From: a candidate division FCPU426 bacterium
GTDB lineage: Bacteria > Oederibacteriota > Muellerivitia > Muellerivitales > Muellerivitaceae
Length of the DNA stretch: 64,000 bases
Assembly: GCA_963771075.1 (NCBI GenBank)
Contig: CAVYSE010000006.1
Location: 1 to 64,000, forward strand
Direction of reading: 5' to 3'
The notes beneath the pieces were generated by a model. It was not told where the DNA came from, did not search any database, and worked only from the letters and a program-made list of their open reading frames with translations. A program made the translations under genes and the position numbers. Positions 16,864 to 27,724 of the stretch are shown here, piece by piece (the first letter of the stretch is position 1; the number at the start of each line of letters is the position of its first letter).

Positions 16864-17433
16864 ATGAAAATGGACGTGAAAAAAACGGCAGTCCTAACCC
16901 TGGATATCCAGGAGGGAATATTGGGGTTCGTTCCCGGAGCCGCGGCCTGCCTGCCCAACGCCGCGAAGGCCGTGGAAACAGCCCGGAACGGCGGTTACCT
17001 GTTGATGCATGTGGGCATCGGATTTGAGCCGGGGTACCCGGAGGTGGGGCCGGCCTCGAAGCGGTTCACGATGGTCAAGGAACGCGGCGCCTTCATCAAG
17101 GGGTCGGAATCGGCCAAGACCCATCCCTCCATCTACAAGCCCGGCGACATCGTGCTTTACAAGAACCGGGTGAGCGCTTTCGCGGGAAGCTCGCTGGACC
17201 TGATCCTGCGCGCGCGCGGGATCGAGAACCTGGTGCTCATGGGGATCGCCACCAGCGGCATCGTGTTATCGACGATCCGCCAGGCCTGCGACCTGGACTA
17301 CCAATGCACCGTCGTCAAGGACGCCTGCTTCGACCGGGATGAGGAGGTGCACCGGGTCCTGACCGAAAAAGTATTCGCCGCCCAGGCGGCCGTTCTTTCC
17401 ACCAAGGATTTTCAATCGGTTTTCGCTCAATAG
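16864..17433 (+). CDS. Isochorismatase-family hydrolase
   Basis: TAVLTLDIQ, KNRVSAF, GIATSGIVLST, DAC motifs. Confidence 0.9.
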   Translation: MKMDVKKTAVLTLDIQEGILGFVPGAAACLPNAAKAVETARNGGYLLMHVGIGFEPGYPEVGPASKRFTMVKERGAFIKGSESAKTHPSIYKPGDIVLYKNRVSAFAGSSLDLILRARGIENLVLMGIATSGIVLSTIRQACDLDYQCTVVKDACFDRDEEVHRVLTEKVFAAQAAVLSTKDFQSVFAQ

Positions 17434-19692
17434 CCGCCGGATCCATGGGACCGGGAAGGAACTCCCGGTACCGCCCCCTGAAGATTCGAGGAATGGGTTT
17501 CCAACGGTTTTGTTTCGCTTCCCGCCACATAGGCCTTGAAGGCCAGGTCCGTCGTGAGGGCGGGCAGGACCAGGTTGGCGGATCCCGCCGTAACCGTGAA
17601 ATTCTGGTAGGCGGTGTCTATCCCCTTGTCCGTGTCCCACCATTCCACCGTCCAGGCCCCGTCAGGCGCCAGCCCGGAAAGTTTCAGGAGGGCCCCCTGG
17701 ACCTGGGGCAGGGTACCCGGCTTGCGGGTGTAGACAAAACCCCTCGATTCCACCCGGCCCAGGACCTTGCCCTTTCCGTTGAGCGCGTTGCACCGCAAGG
17801 CTTCCGCGTAACCGCTGATGGAATAGGACGTCACCTGGACCCAGTCCTGGCCCGTGGAATCCAAGAACAGATCATGCGATCCCTCCGGCACCTCCACCTC
17901 ATAAGCCGAGCTCGCGGTGGCGGACATGTTGTTCACGGAGGTGGGCTTGCCGTCCAGGGTGATGGTCAGGCGGTTATCCCCCCAAGAGGAAATGTTACCC
18001 AGGTTCACCCGGAATTTGCCGGGTCTGGCCATGTCCACGTGGAAGGTGGGCGGGTTACGGAATTCCGGCTTGGCGGGGCTGTAGACATAGCCCGTCAGGT
18101 TCGATGGGTCGGGCGTGATGGTGCCGTCCTGCGAGAGCGTGAAACGGTTAGCCCCGGCTTTCACGCCCCAGGCGTTTTGGCCGGGGGAGACCCCGAAATC
18201 GGAGAGCGCCTTTGAATCGATCGGGAAGGCGACCGGTTGGTAACCCCGGGAATCCAGGTCCTCACCCTTGAGGAAGTTCGCGATGCCCGTCCAGCGCCAA
18301 TAGAGGTTGAGCGGATCCACATAGTTGTCCCACCACCAGGGGAACCCCCCTCCCGCCGCCTTGGCCGTGAGGGAAGCCCAGTTGGTGTTGTGGATGAAGA
18401 TACCGGTCGGGTCGTCGCTGTTTTCCGTGCCGCCCGCGCCACCCAGCCCCATCTCCCCCACGTAAAAGGGCTTCCCCGGGTTACGGGAGCGCATTTGGGA
18501 AGTGATGGACTCCACGAGCTGGGAGGTATCCAGCCCGCCGTAATTGTGCTCCTGGGTGTATTGCATTCCCGACTTCCATACCTCGTTGGAGTTCTTGAGC
18601 GCGTTGGCGTAGCTGGTGGTGACCAGGTGGCGGTAGGGGTCGATGCTTTGAAGGTAATCCGCCATCGCCTGGTGGAACCGGGCGGATTCCCCCACGTGGT
18701 AGCGGTAGTTGTCGGTCCATTCCATCTCGTTGAAGATCTCCCAACTCATGAGCGAGGTATAGCAGGCGTATCGGGCGGCGAGGTAGCGCCAATTGCGCTT
18801 CAGGTATTGGCGCGCCTGATCGCTGGTCCAGAGTTCCTCGGGGTTGTCGAGAAAACCGCCCTTGGGGTTCGCCTTCTTGTTGTAGGGATTCTTGTCCCAA
18901 TTGGCGTTCGTCTGGCTGGAGAATTTACCGTGGTTGAGGAGGCAGAGCATGACATAGACGCCCAATTGGCCGCTGTCATCGAAGGAACTGGTCCAGTTCC
19001 CAAGCTTGTCCCAGCCGTTCGGCGTAATTACCGGGGAGGGAGGTGTCGGGGCCGTAGGAATCGGACCACTCGATCTCGGTGCTCCAGGGGGCCTGCCAGA
19101 CGCGGATGTAATTGCCGCCCGCGCGCGAAAGGGCCACCAGCCACTTGTCATAGTCAAAGGTGCGGCCCTCCTTGCCCCAGCCCATGTTCTCGCCCAGGGG
19201 AAAATAGGGGGTGCCGTCGTCGAAGGCGAAATAATCCGGGTCTTTGGATGAGACATGGATGAAACCGTGGGAATCGGAGGCCGTGACTTTCATGGCACGG
19301 GATGCCGAAGAAACCCGGCCCGAGGCATCCTGAGCGGTGATGGTATAGGACCAGTCGCCTGTTTCGTCGGGCGCGAACCGGACTTTCCAAACGGGATTAC
19401 CGGCGGGTACCAGGGTTTGGGACGCCATGGCCATGGTCCTTCGATAATTCTGGTAATAGAACCCCGAAACGGTTTGCGCCCGGCCTTGGGGGGAGATAAA
19501 GACGGCGGTGACGTCGATCTCCGCCGGGTCAAAGGGGTTCTTGTAAGTTTGGCCCAAGCCGAAGGTCGCCTCGAATTTTTCGTATTTTCCGATCGCGGGG
19601 CCGTTATCGGTGACCCCTTCGATTTGGGCGGCCTGCGCGATGGTTCCTGTCGATAAATAAACCAGCAGAGCGGTGAGGATCGGGCGGCGCAT
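17427..19692 (-). pseudogene. Secreted DUF5060/GH5-like glycoside hydrolase split by a single-base frameshift near 18983
   Basis: ORF1 (signal peptide, YEKFE..NPFDP..WKVRFAPDETG.W) ends ELDQFLR*. ORF2 continues DDSGQLGVYVML...WEIFNE...KPFYVGE. Removing one base gives ...DQFLDDSGQLG... Confidence 0.85.
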
Positions 19693-19929
19693 AGGACTCC
19701 TTTGGGTACATTGGATCGGTGAAACCAAAAGATAATAGAGCAATCGCTACATTGGCGTTCAAATGAATGGTTAATTTCCAGATGGTTATTTTATATGGGT
19801 TAAAGCGTTTAACTAATACCGGTTTTGGGGCGCTTGTGCCAAAATTTATGAATTTCCCATCTATATATTTTGTCCGGCTTTATATAAACTGCGCTTTCAA
19901 ACGGGGCTTACCTTGTTGAAAGGGTTCAA

Positions 19930-20748
19930 ATGAAAATAAAAATTTTATTGGCAGTTCTTCTTTTGATTCCGGCGGGAGGGCTTTGGGCCGCCACCCAGGC
20001 CATTTTTACTTCGGTCACAGGGAAGGTTGAGATTCGGGGACATAAGGGCCACATGCTCCGTATCGCGGAAAAAGACGCGACCGTGGTGGAAGGGGAGCGG
20101 CTGGTCACGGGGGCGAACGCCCAGGCAAACTTGCAAATCTTCGACGGATCCGAAATCAAGATCAGTCCAAGCTCTGATGTATGGTTAGACCAGCTTCAAA
20201 AACCCGACACGAACAACAAGATCATTAAATTCAAATTGGCCGCAGGCCAAATTTGGGCGAAGGTCACTCATCTGCTCTCCTCCAAATCCTCCTTTGAGAT
20301 CAACGCCGGGGGCGTGGTTTGCGGTGTGCGCGGAACCGAATACTCGGTGGCCTACGACCCCGCCACGGGGAAGGTAGATGTGGCGGTGGTGGGCGGAACT
20401 ATTTGGACGACCTCGTCCGGGGGCGTGATCAAGGTATTCAACGCGGGGGATAAGGGCACCTTTTCCAACGGCCAGTGGGACTTCCATCCGGGATCCCAAC
20501 CGCAACCTCCCCAACAACCACCCTCGACCGGCGCTCCTCATACGGGCTTTATCGCTTCCAACCCATTTTACGGGTTCAACGGGACTGGGATTGATGACTT
20601 TAACAATCACCTGACAGATTTAACGGGTGGCGTCCCAGGGGTCGTGGGTCAAACGGGGAACAACGGCCTCTCGGATCACACGGGAGGCAGCACGGGCCTT
20701 TATCCGACCCTGAATTTGCAACTGAGTTTTCCACAGTTTTCGCACTGA
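19930..20748 (+). CDS. Secreted FecR-domain protein
   Basis: Signal peptide; EGERLVTG, DGSEIKI, VCGVRGTEY motifs; low-complexity tail. Confidence 0.85.
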   Translation: MKIKILLAVLLLIPAGGLWAATQAIFTSVTGKVEIRGHKGHMLRIAEKDATVVEGERLVTGANAQANLQIFDGSEIKISPSSDVWLDQLQKPDTNNKIIKFKLAAGQIWAKVTHLLSSKSSFEINAGGVVCGVRGTEYSVAYDPATGKVDVAVVGGTIWTTSSGGVIKVFNAGDKGTFSNGQWDFHPGSQPQPPQQPPSTGAPHTGFIASNPFYGFNGTGIDDFNNHLTDLTGGVPGVVGQTGNNGLSDHTGGSTGLYPTLNLQLSFPQFSH

Positions 20749-20803
20749 TTGGCAAATAGCGTTTACCTGAATTCAATAACTTATACTTAAGGAACGGTCA
20801 TTG

Positions 20804-21982
20804 ATGAAATCAAATAAAAAGATAGGGGTCGTGATCCTCTCGGGGTTGGCTCTTTTATTTTGGGGCTCCGCACGGGCCGAACAAGAGGAACTTCAATTGG
20901 GGTATGTATACAACTCTTGGACCAGTAATTCGGTCATTCATGGATCGGAACAAAGGGTTCCCATGTCCTATTATTTTTCAATGCCGAACCTCTCCCTCTC
21001 CTTGAATACTGCCTTTGTCATGGGGGATTACATTGAGGATGCGGCCCAAGGCTTCACGGGCTCCGAATATAAGTCGAGCCAATTTTCGGATACGTCCCTT
21101 GGGATGAACTGGGGATTTGGATTGGGTGAATCGGTGAAATCCAACATCGTGGGGAGTTTGAACATCCCGACGGGCGATAACCGCTGGGAATTACAGGCCG
21201 AGAATGGCTCCATACCCTACATCTTCGAGCCGACCTACTACCATGGCCGGGATTGGGGTGGGAGCCTATTTTATACCTTGTCCTTTTCGAACCCCGGGTT
21301 GGAATATGGGATCGGCGGCGGGTACATGTCTACCGGCAAGTATGACATTACCCTTTCGGATGTTGGGACCTACAGTCCTGGTGACGCTGGAGTCGCCATG
21401 GCCACCCTGGGGTTCCGTCTTTCGCCAGGGGATACTTGGGGTTTCCGTTTTGTGAGGACTTTTCCCATTGAAGCCACCTACGCCAACCCTTCCGAAAATT
21501 TCACTCAGGGGCAGGGCTCGGTCGTAACCACCCAATGGACCAGCCAAATGGGGTCGGACCGTTTGGTGGTCAACGCCTCGTATAGTTTCTATAACGCGGG
21601 ATTCACGGCACAATCAAGCGCCCCCTATTCCCTTTCACAAGACCCGGGTGCCTATTTCGGGGACCACCTGGAAATACACCCTATCCTGGGATATGGGGTG
21701 GGAAAAGGGGTCGTAATGGAGACTGGATTGCTCTGGGATTGGTTCCAACCCAACGGGTTTCCGCTCAATTTCGGCTCCGGAAACCCGGATATCCTTTATG
21801 AGGGCGGAGGCAATCTATTGGGGGCGGAACAAAGCATCACCTTTCAACTCACCCCTGGCACCTTCTTGAGCCTGGCGGGGCTTTATCACTATGTTGAAAA
21901 TGACAACGCGGGCATTGGAAACCAGGGAACGATCACTTACCAACGCATCACAGTCGGTACCAACATGGGGGTCAAATGGTGA
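20804..21982 (+). CDS. Putative outer-membrane beta-barrel protein
   Basis: Signal peptide ending ARA; alternating aromatic/Gly beta-strand pattern; C-terminal Trp. Confidence 0.7.
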   Translation: MKSNKKIGVVILSGLALLFWGSARAEQEELQLGYVYNSWTSNSVIHGSEQRVPMSYYFSMPNLSLSLNTAFVMGDYIEDAAQGFTGSEYKSSQFSDTSLGMNWGFGLGESVKSNIVGSLNIPTGDNRWELQAENGSIPYIFEPTYYHGRDWGGSLFYTLSFSNPGLEYGIGGGYMSTGKYDITLSDVGTYSPGDAGVAMATLGFRLSPGDTWGFRFVRTFPIEATYANPSENFTQGQGSVVTTQWTSQMGSDRLVVNASYSFYNAGFTAQSSAPYSLSQDPGAYFGDHLEIHPILGYGVGKGVVMETGLLWDWFQPNGFPLNFGSGNPDILYEGGGNLLGAEQSITFQLTPGTFLSLAGLYHYVENDNAGIGNQGTITYQRITVGTNMGVKW

Positions 21983-23064
21983 AAAAATTATTATCGATCG
22001 CGGTTTTAGGCTGTCTATTCCTTTCGGGAATCCAAATAGGGTGTAATAAGAACAACAACCCTGTCCTTCCCGCAAACTCGGCGGTGTTGCAGTTATCCAT
22101 CCCTGCCAACATCCAGAGTTACGTTGCCGCCGCCAAAACGAAAAAAAGGATCAGTAAAGACGCGGTTCCCGATGCCTATTCAGGGGCCCTGGAATACAAC
22201 ATCGTTGCCCCGGGTGAAGCTCCAGTCACTGGCATCGTCCTTTACAACAGCGGATCGGATGTGAGCAATATTTTTATCAACCTGCCCAAACCGGGGAATT
22301 GGGTGGTCGCAGCCGAATGGTTCGATGTATACACCTACACGGACACTACCAAACCCATGCCTTCGAAGTTGGATCTGGGCCCATCCTTGACCGTGCAACC
22401 CTTGTTCGCGGGCGCCGATAGGGTGAATGTCCAAGGAGTTACCCCCTTCACCTTGGCCATGGGAGAATTCTTTAATACGGGGGAAGGGGTTTGTTATAAC
22501 GGCAACCTCACGGATAACACCAATTGTGATTCCTATCCCACTTATGATTGGGTCGATCTGTATTCGTTTGATACGGACGCGTTATCGTCTTCCGTGACAA
22601 GTTCAACCGGGGATATACAGGCACAATGGGATTCGACAAGCAATTCGACGGTTCTTGGAAGTTTGTCCAACGCCAATATTTACGCCTATGTTGGGAATGG
22701 GGACCTGGTCAATTACCCGATGATCCCAAGTAACGCGACCTTTTACGCCACCACGGCCTTGGCCAAAGCCGCCGTGGTGGGGGCTGCTTCGGCGGCAATC
22801 GTTCAAAACGACATATTCGCGGTTAAGGTGCCTTCGACCAACGGCATGGCCTGGGTCCAAATATGGCTGACGAACCAGATGAATTCAAGCCAGGGCAATT
22901 GCGTCGCTACAACCGCTTCCTCCCTTATGCAGTTTTGGTTCATTTACAACAAGGAAGGCGTGAACTACATGAAGTTCGACGAAACCACCTATGGCCACAC
23001 CAACTGCAACCAGAACACTTATATAGCCCCCCCCGCACCCACTCCAACGCAGTATATTTCCTAG
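21976..23064 (+). CDS. Hypothetical lipoprotein, Ser/Thr/Asn-rich
   Basis: Lipobox-like IQIGC after a hydrophobic stretch; overlaps the upstream stop. Confidence 0.75.
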   Translation: MVKKLLSIAVLGCLFLSGIQIGCNKNNNPVLPANSAVLQLSIPANIQSYVAAAKTKKRISKDAVPDAYSGALEYNIVAPGEAPVTGIVLYNSGSDVSNIFINLPKPGNWVVAAEWFDVYTYTDTTKPMPSKLDLGPSLTVQPLFAGADRVNVQGVTPFTLAMGEFFNTGEGVCYNGNLTDNTNCDSYPTYDWVDLYSFDTDALSSSVTSSTGDIQAQWDSTSNSTVLGSLSNANIYAYVGNGDLVNYPMIPSNATFYATTALAKAAVVGAASAAIVQNDIFAVKVPSTNGMAWVQIWLTNQMNSSQGNCVATTASSLMQFWFIYNKEGVNYMKFDETTYGHTNCNQNTYIAPPAPTPTQYIS

Positions 23065-23074
23065 CTTTCTTCTT

Positions 23075-23120
23075 AAAAGCCCGGGAGTTATATGTCCATA
23101 ACTCCCGGGCTTTTTTATTT
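23075..23120. terminator. Bidirectional rho-independent terminator
   Basis: AAAAGCCCGGGAGTTAT-atgtcc-ATAACTCCCGGGCTTTT perfect stem. Confidence 0.9.
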
Positions 23121-23141
23121 CGGTTGGGGTTTCTCGGGTCC

Positions 23142-24473
23142 CTATCCGGCTTGACCTAGTCTATCCAGCCGCCCGCGAACATAGGCAATAGTCTCCTTCA
23201 AACTGTAAAGCATGGGAATGTAGGTTTGGGACACCTTTACCCGTGCGGCCCTTTCCTCCAAATGCTTCATTCGGGTGAGGATCTCTTCCGTGGGACGCTG
23301 GTTCCCCAACTTGTTAATTTCGTTCTCCAACCAATGAAGTTCCCCATAGATCAGGAAAATCTTCCGCTGCATTCCCCAACCGTATAACGAGGCGATCCCT
23401 TTGATGATGGGATAGGCCAAACCCAGTACCGGTATGATCAAAACCACGAACTGTTCCACCAGGGCGGCGAGCCAAAAGGGCAGGTAACGCTGCAGGAAGG
23501 GCCGGCCCGACTTGTAGTAATGCCGGGCGTCTGGGCTGAGGGGGATTTCCAGGGCCTCCGCTGCCGGGAACTCTCCCGATTTCTGGAAGATGCCGTGCCG
23601 GGAATGGATCTGGCTGGCCGCTTCCAGGAGCAAATATTGGAGCGCCGGGTGCAGGTTCCCCTTGACGACAAGGCTGGTTTTGCTGGCGAGAAGCGTGGTG
23701 TCGTGGGGGGGCCTGTTGGATTCCAGGTCCGCCACACCTGCGGGCATGTCCAGCTTGCTCAGGGAAGGGAACACCGCGCAATAGGCGTCGGCCCTGGCGA
23801 AATTGGCGATATCAATGCCGGGGGTTATCGCCAATTTTCGCACGATCGGCGAGGCCCAAGAATTGACCAGGATGGCCGCGTCGATCTTATCCTGGAGAAG
23901 GGCATTCTCGGTTTCCTCGGGGGCAAGGCTCAACAGTTGGATGGAATTTTCCTCCACCGAATAACGTTTCATTAGCTCGGTAAAAAGGGCCCGGGAATCA
24001 CTTCCCTCCGGCCCCACGGAGACCCTTTTCCCCCGGAGTGAAAACAAACCCTTATCCGTCATGACCTTATGGGAAAAGAACCACATGGGTTCATATCCGA
24101 TGGTCCCCAGGGATAGGAGTTCGGTCGTATCGGTTTCGGTTGCCAAACCACCCATGACGAAGCCGGCATCCACGCCCGATTTGGGGTCCATGAGCCGGTT
24201 GTAATTGTCGACGGCCCCGGCGGTTGTTATCAGGTTGACGGTAATGCCGGATTTCGCCAGCAAGATCTTGTATCGCTTACCGAACAGCTCATAAGCGCTT
24301 CCGACCGGTCCGGTCGCCAGGCTCAGGGTGCGCGGGGGAAGGGGATGGAGAAGGCTGGTTAGCCAGACAAGGGCTAGGATGAGGATTGTGGAGAAGATAA
24401 TGATGTATTTCATGTTTTTCCTTGAGACCAGATGTCGCTGAGCTTCCAAACTTAGGGCTGGTTTTGTTGGCAT
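23142..24473 (-). CDS. TAXI-family TRAP solute-binding protein with membrane anchors
   Basis: PPRTLSLATGPVGSAY, TAGAVDNY, LRGKRVSVGPEGS, LHPALQYLL, PFLQRYLPFW; AAGGA RBS before ATG 24473. Confidence 0.85.
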   Translation of the reverse strand: MPTKPALSLEAQRHLVSRKNMKYIIIFSTILILALVWLTSLLHPLPPRTLSLATGPVGSAYELFGKRYKILLAKSGITVNLITTAGAVDNYNRLMDPKSGVDAGFVMGGLATETDTTELLSLGTIGYEPMWFFSHKVMTDKGLFSLRGKRVSVGPEGSDSRALFTELMKRYSVEENSIQLLSLAPEETENALLQDKIDAAILVNSWASPIVRKLAITPGIDIANFARADAYCAVFPSLSKLDMPAGVADLESNRPPHDTTLLASKTSLVVKGNLHPALQYLLLEAASQIHSRHGIFQKSGEFPAAEALEIPLSPDARHYYKSGRPFLQRYLPFWLAALVEQFVVLIIPVLGLAYPIIKGIASLYGWGMQRKIFLIYGELHWLENEINKLGNQRPTEEILTRMKHLEERAARVKVSQTYIPMLYSLKETIAYVRGRLDRLGQAG

Positions 24474-25213
24474 TTTGGTTGTCCTTTGATCATGGATCGA
24501 GGGTGAATTGAAATACAAGGCACCTCTAAGCGCCGCATTATAAAGCTTGATAAGGTTATTCGTGCATTGGAAGTGGGTTTCGAACATGAAAACTAGTTTA
24601 TCCGGTTCAAGAATTACTTTAAGTCTTGCCGAGCATTTCAAAATAACTATAAAAAACCCACCTTTCAGCGATCAAAACCATTTAGGTGAATCAATAAATT
24701 ATCATTGGATGGATTAGAGAGAATTTTATAAGGGTATTAATTGTTTTTCACATGGCGGAACAAGTCAAATGGGAAGGCGATTGGGTTCAATAGGGACCTA
24801 AAAAACACTAATTGAAGCGTTTGACGGGAACGACCAACCATAACTGAATCAGAATTATCTTTTAAAAAAAACACGTTTAAATGCAAAATTGGCATAAATG
24901 TCGAAAAAAATTTGAAACTAAAAATATCTTTTTGGAAAGGCCTCGATCGGTTCGAATTCACTTGAAGCGGGAGGGAAAGTACGAATTTGGATGAAATTTA
25001 AACCTGAAGAATATGGATTTAACCGCTACCTTATTAGGGAAATAAAGGGTTTTCGACCATTTGGGGGTTTTGCTCCATTTGACAGTCCCGTTCGGGTCGA
25101 TGGTTCTTGTGGGAAGGGTTGGGGTCCTTCAGAAAAGGCCTATGGGACCGGTCCTAAACATTGTCGGCTTTAAGGCTGGTCCCTTGGTCGTTCATCGGTT
25201 CAAGTGAACCCTT

Positions 25214-26089
25214 TTAAGGTTGTTCGGGCGCGTATCCCAGGGCCGGAAAGGGATTGGGGCTTGGAGTTTCGTCGAAACCATAATAGATCACCAAGGCTTG
25301 ATCTGGATTAAACATACCCCGGTCATAATTAAAGGCGACTTGGTAAGTGGGATTCGACTCCCTTTCGCCCATTCCCGTGCCGGCTTGTTCTTCGCATTTT
25401 TTCATCTTTGATTCTTGGCAGGCCGGCGCAGGCGCACAACCGGCCATGGCTAAATCGCAGATTGAGTTATTAGATCGAAAACCAGAACTGGGCGAAGGAT
25501 AATTGCCATAACGATAGATGGGATGGGTTTCGTAATACTGGTTCAACTCCTGTTGGTTCCAGAAATAAGCCGCCCCGATGACCCCGCAATTGGCAGCTAG
25601 GTCTTTCCCTGTGCTATTACCACGCCATTGAGCATAAGAATGGTGTTTCCCCGTGAAAAAGAATCTCCGGGCCTCACCGCCATTGACTTGCCAACCCGAA
25701 ATAGTGATAAAACTATTGGGTTCAATCAGCCATTTCTGGCCATCCTCGATTCCGCTGGGTTGGCCCGTTATGGAATTAAGGCCATCCACGGTCAAATTCA
25801 CCGCCACCCGCACTGGCAAGGGGTTGTAAAGCCTGACGGAATAACGTTCCCCCGGGGAGGCGGTTATAAAGGGGTAACCATTTTTGTCGGATTCGGACTT
25901 CACCCCCTGGCTGTCGTCCACAATCTCAACCCGAAAGAGTGTTCTTTGATCCATGGGGTGGTAAAGGATGCGGTTATCCGCCTCTTGAATAACTTCACGG
26001 ACCTTAACAGGGTAATCCTTCACGGCCCCATCGACCCGGGCCGCACCTAAGACCACCATCGCGATAAACAGTTTAACTGGGAAACGCAT
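25214..26089 (-). CDS. Secreted hypothetical protein
   Basis: AAGGAG RBS; signal peptide; GERYSVRL.N...VDGLN.ITG..GW...F.F...GVIG pattern; function unknown. Confidence 0.75.
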   Translation of the reverse strand: MRFPVKLFIAMVVLGAARVDGAVKDYPVKVREVIQEADNRILYHPMDQRTLFRVEIVDDSQGVKSESDKNGYPFITASPGERYSVRLYNPLPVRVAVNLTVDGLNSITGQPSGIEDGQKWLIEPNSFITISGWQVNGGEARRFFFTGKHHSYAQWRGNSTGKDLAANCGVIGAAYFWNQQELNQYYETHPIYRYGNYPSPSSGFRSNNSICDLAMAGCAPAPACQESKMKKCEEQAGTGMGERESNPTYQVAFNYDRGMFNPDQALVIYYGFDETPSPNPFPALGYAPEQP

Positions 26090-26277
26090 GACTTTTCTCC
26101 TTGTTTCAATGGATATAAACAAACATCAGACAATTGGACAACCTTCATTCAAAAAGGTTCCCAAAGGTGGTTAGGTCATTTTTGGGAGGGCAAGAATCGG
26201 CCCGAAAAGGTAAGATGACAGGTAAATCTTGGTACAATGGGTAAGTTAATAAGCTCCAGTTTGGAGGGGAGGTCTGA

Positions 26278-26646
26278 ATGCCTGAGGGAAATATGTTTCT
26301 CGAAAAAAGAGCCTATCCACGGGTTCCTGCGCATGTACCTGTCCGTTATCGGTTGATCGAGGACCAAAAAGAAATTGAGACTGTCTTTAACCGCGAGAAT
26401 CGAAATAAGTCCGGTAAAACCGTGGATGTGAGCCTGGGTGGTCTTTATTTGTCCGCGAATATTAGTGTCGGTGTGGGAAGCATCCTTCGTTTGGATATCG
26501 ACCTGCCAGGTCGGGCAACCGGCATCGCCTCCTTTGCAGAGGTGGTTTGGTCCAATGCGGAAGGATTAGGCCTGCATTTCCTGGCGATCAAAGAAGAAGA
26601 CAACGAAGCCCTGAAGGCCTTTCTCTCGAAACAGAGCACTTCTTAG
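26278..26646 (+). CDS. PilZ-domain (c-di-GMP binding) protein
   Basis: RAYPR (RxxxR) and DVSLGG (DxSxxG). Confidence 0.92.
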   Translation: MPEGNMFLEKRAYPRVPAHVPVRYRLIEDQKEIETVFNRENRNKSGKTVDVSLGGLYLSANISVGVGSILRLDIDLPGRATGIASFAEVVWSNAEGLGLHFLAIKEEDNEALKAFLSKQSTS

Positions 26647-26717
26647 GGGTTGACAGATTGTTTCTGGGCCAATTCAGGCCCCCATTCGCATTAAATTGAT
26701 CTTCCAAGGAGATCTTT

Positions 26718-27689
26718 ATGTCCTTTCCGACCCAGCGGATGCGCCGATTAAGAAAAACCAAGGGCTTACGGTCTCTCTTTCAGGAAACTCGCCTTACGGC
26801 CGAAGATTTTGTATTGCCCCTGTTCGTGGCGGAAGGGTTGAAGGCTCCGGAGCGCATCGACAGCATGCCGGGAGTGCATCGGCACAGCCTTTCCTCCCTC
26901 GTCCAGGAGTCCCAACAAGCCTTTTCGCTTGGTGTCCCCGCGGTTTTATTATTCGGCTTACCCAAATCCAAGGATGTTATGGCCACTCAGGCCTATGCCA
27001 AGGCCGGGATTGTTCAAAAAGCCGTGAGGCTTCTCAAAAAAGAAGTTCCTGGATTGGTGGTGGTGACCGATGTTTGCGCCTGCGAATACACCTCCCACGG
27101 CCATTGCGGGATCTTGAAGGGAAAGGAAGTGGATAACGACTCCACCCTGGGTTTGCTTCAAAAGATCGCCCTTTCCCACGCGGAGGCCGGGGCCGATATC
27201 GTGGCGCCCTCGGATATGATGGACGGCCGGGTGGGGGCCATCCGCAAGGGCCTGGATCGACAGGGCTTGGATGACACCCTCATCTTGAGTTACGCCGCTA
27301 AATTTTCCTCCGCATTTTACGGACCTTTCCGCGACGCAGCGGACTCCGCCCCCTCCTTCGGGGACCGCAAGAGCTACCAAATGCCCGCATCCAACGCGCG
27401 GGAAGCCATGAAGGAAATCATGTTGGATATTGAGGAAGGCGCGGACGCCGTCATGGTCAAGCCAGCCCTTACCGCCCTCGACCTGATCGTGAAAGCCAAA
27501 CATCGCTTTCTAACACCTGTTTGGGCCTACCACGTATCCGGGGAATTCTCGATGATCAAGGCCGCCGCCAAACTTAAATGGCTGGATGGGGACTCGGCTA
27601 TGGCCGAGAGCTTGATGGCGATCAAGCGAGCCGGCGCTGACCGAATAGTGACCTATTGGGCCAAGGAAGCCGCCAAGTTCTTCCGATGA
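26718..27689 (+). CDS. hemB: Porphobilinogen synthase
   Basis: RMRRLR, DVCACEYTSHGHCG, APSDMMDGR, FYGPFRDA, MVKP. Confidence 0.98.
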   Translation: MSFPTQRMRRLRKTKGLRSLFQETRLTAEDFVLPLFVAEGLKAPERIDSMPGVHRHSLSSLVQESQQAFSLGVPAVLLFGLPKSKDVMATQAYAKAGIVQKAVRLLKKEVPGLVVVTDVCACEYTSHGHCGILKGKEVDNDSTLGLLQKIALSHAEAGADIVAPSDMMDGRVGAIRKGLDRQGLDDTLILSYAAKFSSAFYGPFRDAADSAPSFGDRKSYQMPASNAREAMKEIMLDIEEGADAVMVKPALTALDLIVKAKHRFLTPVWAYHVSGEFSMIKAAAKLKWLDGDSAMAESLMAIKRAGADRIVTYWAKEAAKFFR

Positions 27690-27724
27690 TCCAACCGGCA
27701 ACCCCTCGACCACAGGATTAAACC

